This document shows positions 62,888 through 64,000 of a stretch of DNA of 64,000 nt, in pieces. The notes under the pieces are model-generated. The model was not told where the DNA came from. It did not search any database and saw only the letters and a list, made by a program, of their open reading frames with translations. The stretch lies in the NCBI GenBank assembly GCA_003971905.1, contig RSEE01000095.1:1-64000 (forward strand), in the 5' to 3' direction. How positions within the stretch are numbered: position 1 is the stretch's first letter; each line of letters opens with the position of its first letter. The DNA is from Moniliella sp. 'wahieum' (taxonomy: Eukaryota). The translations under genes and the position numbers were made by a program.

Positions 62888-64000
62888 GGCGCGAAAACCG
62901 AGTTGCCAATCAACTCACTCTGCTCGTCTTCCTGTCCCGCCGCTTGCCTGTTGAACGTCATCGTATGCCATATATATAGATCTCCTGCGCTAAACCCTCC
63001 CCCCTGCTTTACTCGCTTGTTCATCGATCCTTCTCCAACCGGACCGCATGCATGTGCTCATGATTCCATCCCCCCCCCTGCCCCATTCACTGGTAGTACC
63101 CGTTGCCTTTGGAGGCTAGACCAAGGCGAGGCTCAGCAATCCCGACCGAGTAGGTACCGAGCTTGTCCTTGACTCCCGCTGCGACCGAGGAAGAAGGATG
63201 GGAATGATAATGAGAATGAAAGGCTGTACTCGTCTTGTCACATGTCATCAGAGAGGGTCTTGAGTTGGTGGGAGAACTGTGCCGCCTGTCCTTCCAAGCT
63301 GGTCAAGCGTACCTCTAGAGAATCTAGGAAACTCCCGCGTTCCCGCACGTCATCGAGGTTGGACGCGATACGAGCCTTCGTTGTGGCCGTATCGTCGGCG
63401 GCAAGAGAAACGGACTCGTCTCAGCGGTCAAAGCGGCGGCGGTTAGACCTTAGGTGGGAGAAGCGCGTACCCACGACCCAACCTCGTGCATTGTGTAGGC
63501 CCAAGGGGACGTAGGGTGCAGACGAATTGGCTTGGTGATACGCTTGAGCGTGCGCTACCAGTACCCCCCGGTAGCATGGGGGCTCGCTGTGGCACGCAAC
63601 GTGCCGCTCCTGCTCCACTTGGGAGGAAGGGAGCGATTGGAACCGGCTAGGACGTTAGCCAGTTCAGCGTCTGGGGAGAGCAACGCAGGTGGCGTGGCCT
63701 TCCCCCCAACTTGTCAAAACCTGAGCTGCTTTGGTCGCCATGGCGCTCGAGTAGGCCGTCAGCCCGCTCCATGTCGGGGAAGATGTAAGTGGACTCTGGG
63801 CCGGCGGGCCGCAGTTCGTGCGCCACCACAGTCCAGAGGTGCACGTGGAGCGGACATAGTGTATCGATAGCATCCCCCCGCACATCGAAGGTGGTTGTCG
63901 CGACCAATGCGCTGGGGGCCATGCTGCCGTACGGGGCGACGCAACATGGGCCGTGCAAGGCGCTTACCACCAGCAATTTTGTCACCCTGGAGATGCGCTC

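Overview
Eukaryotic, GC-rich, intron-poor fungal genomic DNA. It is most likely a basidiomycete, judging by the Tsp2-type tetraspanin, the basidiomycete-style Pcl cyclin N-terminus, and short GTACGT...CTRAC...YAG introns. Many conserved genes carry single-base deletions, often in homopolymers. This looks like uncorrected long-read error, so most CDS ends are approximate. Recognisable genes, in order: Pcl-family cyclin, SDH2, RPS22/uS8, an Aro80-like Zn2Cys6 transcription factor, a UPF0052/CofD-like protein, a Ppn2-like metallophosphoesterase, a DUF2235 hydrolase, Tsp2 tetraspanin, an S8 subtilisin, MRP10/mS37, an AFG1 ATPase, a bacterial-looking intronless GNAT acetyltransferase, a secreted RlpA/DPBB protein, two intron-containing tRNA-Pro(UGG) genes, a multi-TM protein and a Pps1-like dual-specificity phosphatase. 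Lower-GC tracts (about 22.3-33.4 kb, 50.3-52.1 kb and 56-58.7 kb) contain heavily decayed Ty1/Copia fragments and one Gypsy-type protease relic. The most unusual signal is a window-wide 7-bp-period intergenic pattern, TCA/TGA followed by a palindromic tetramer. It is seen with at least 13 different palindromic cores and is concentrated upstream of genes, often at the edges of the transposon-relic tracts. The best gene-level candidate is the bacterial-type GNAT, a possible horizontal transfer.
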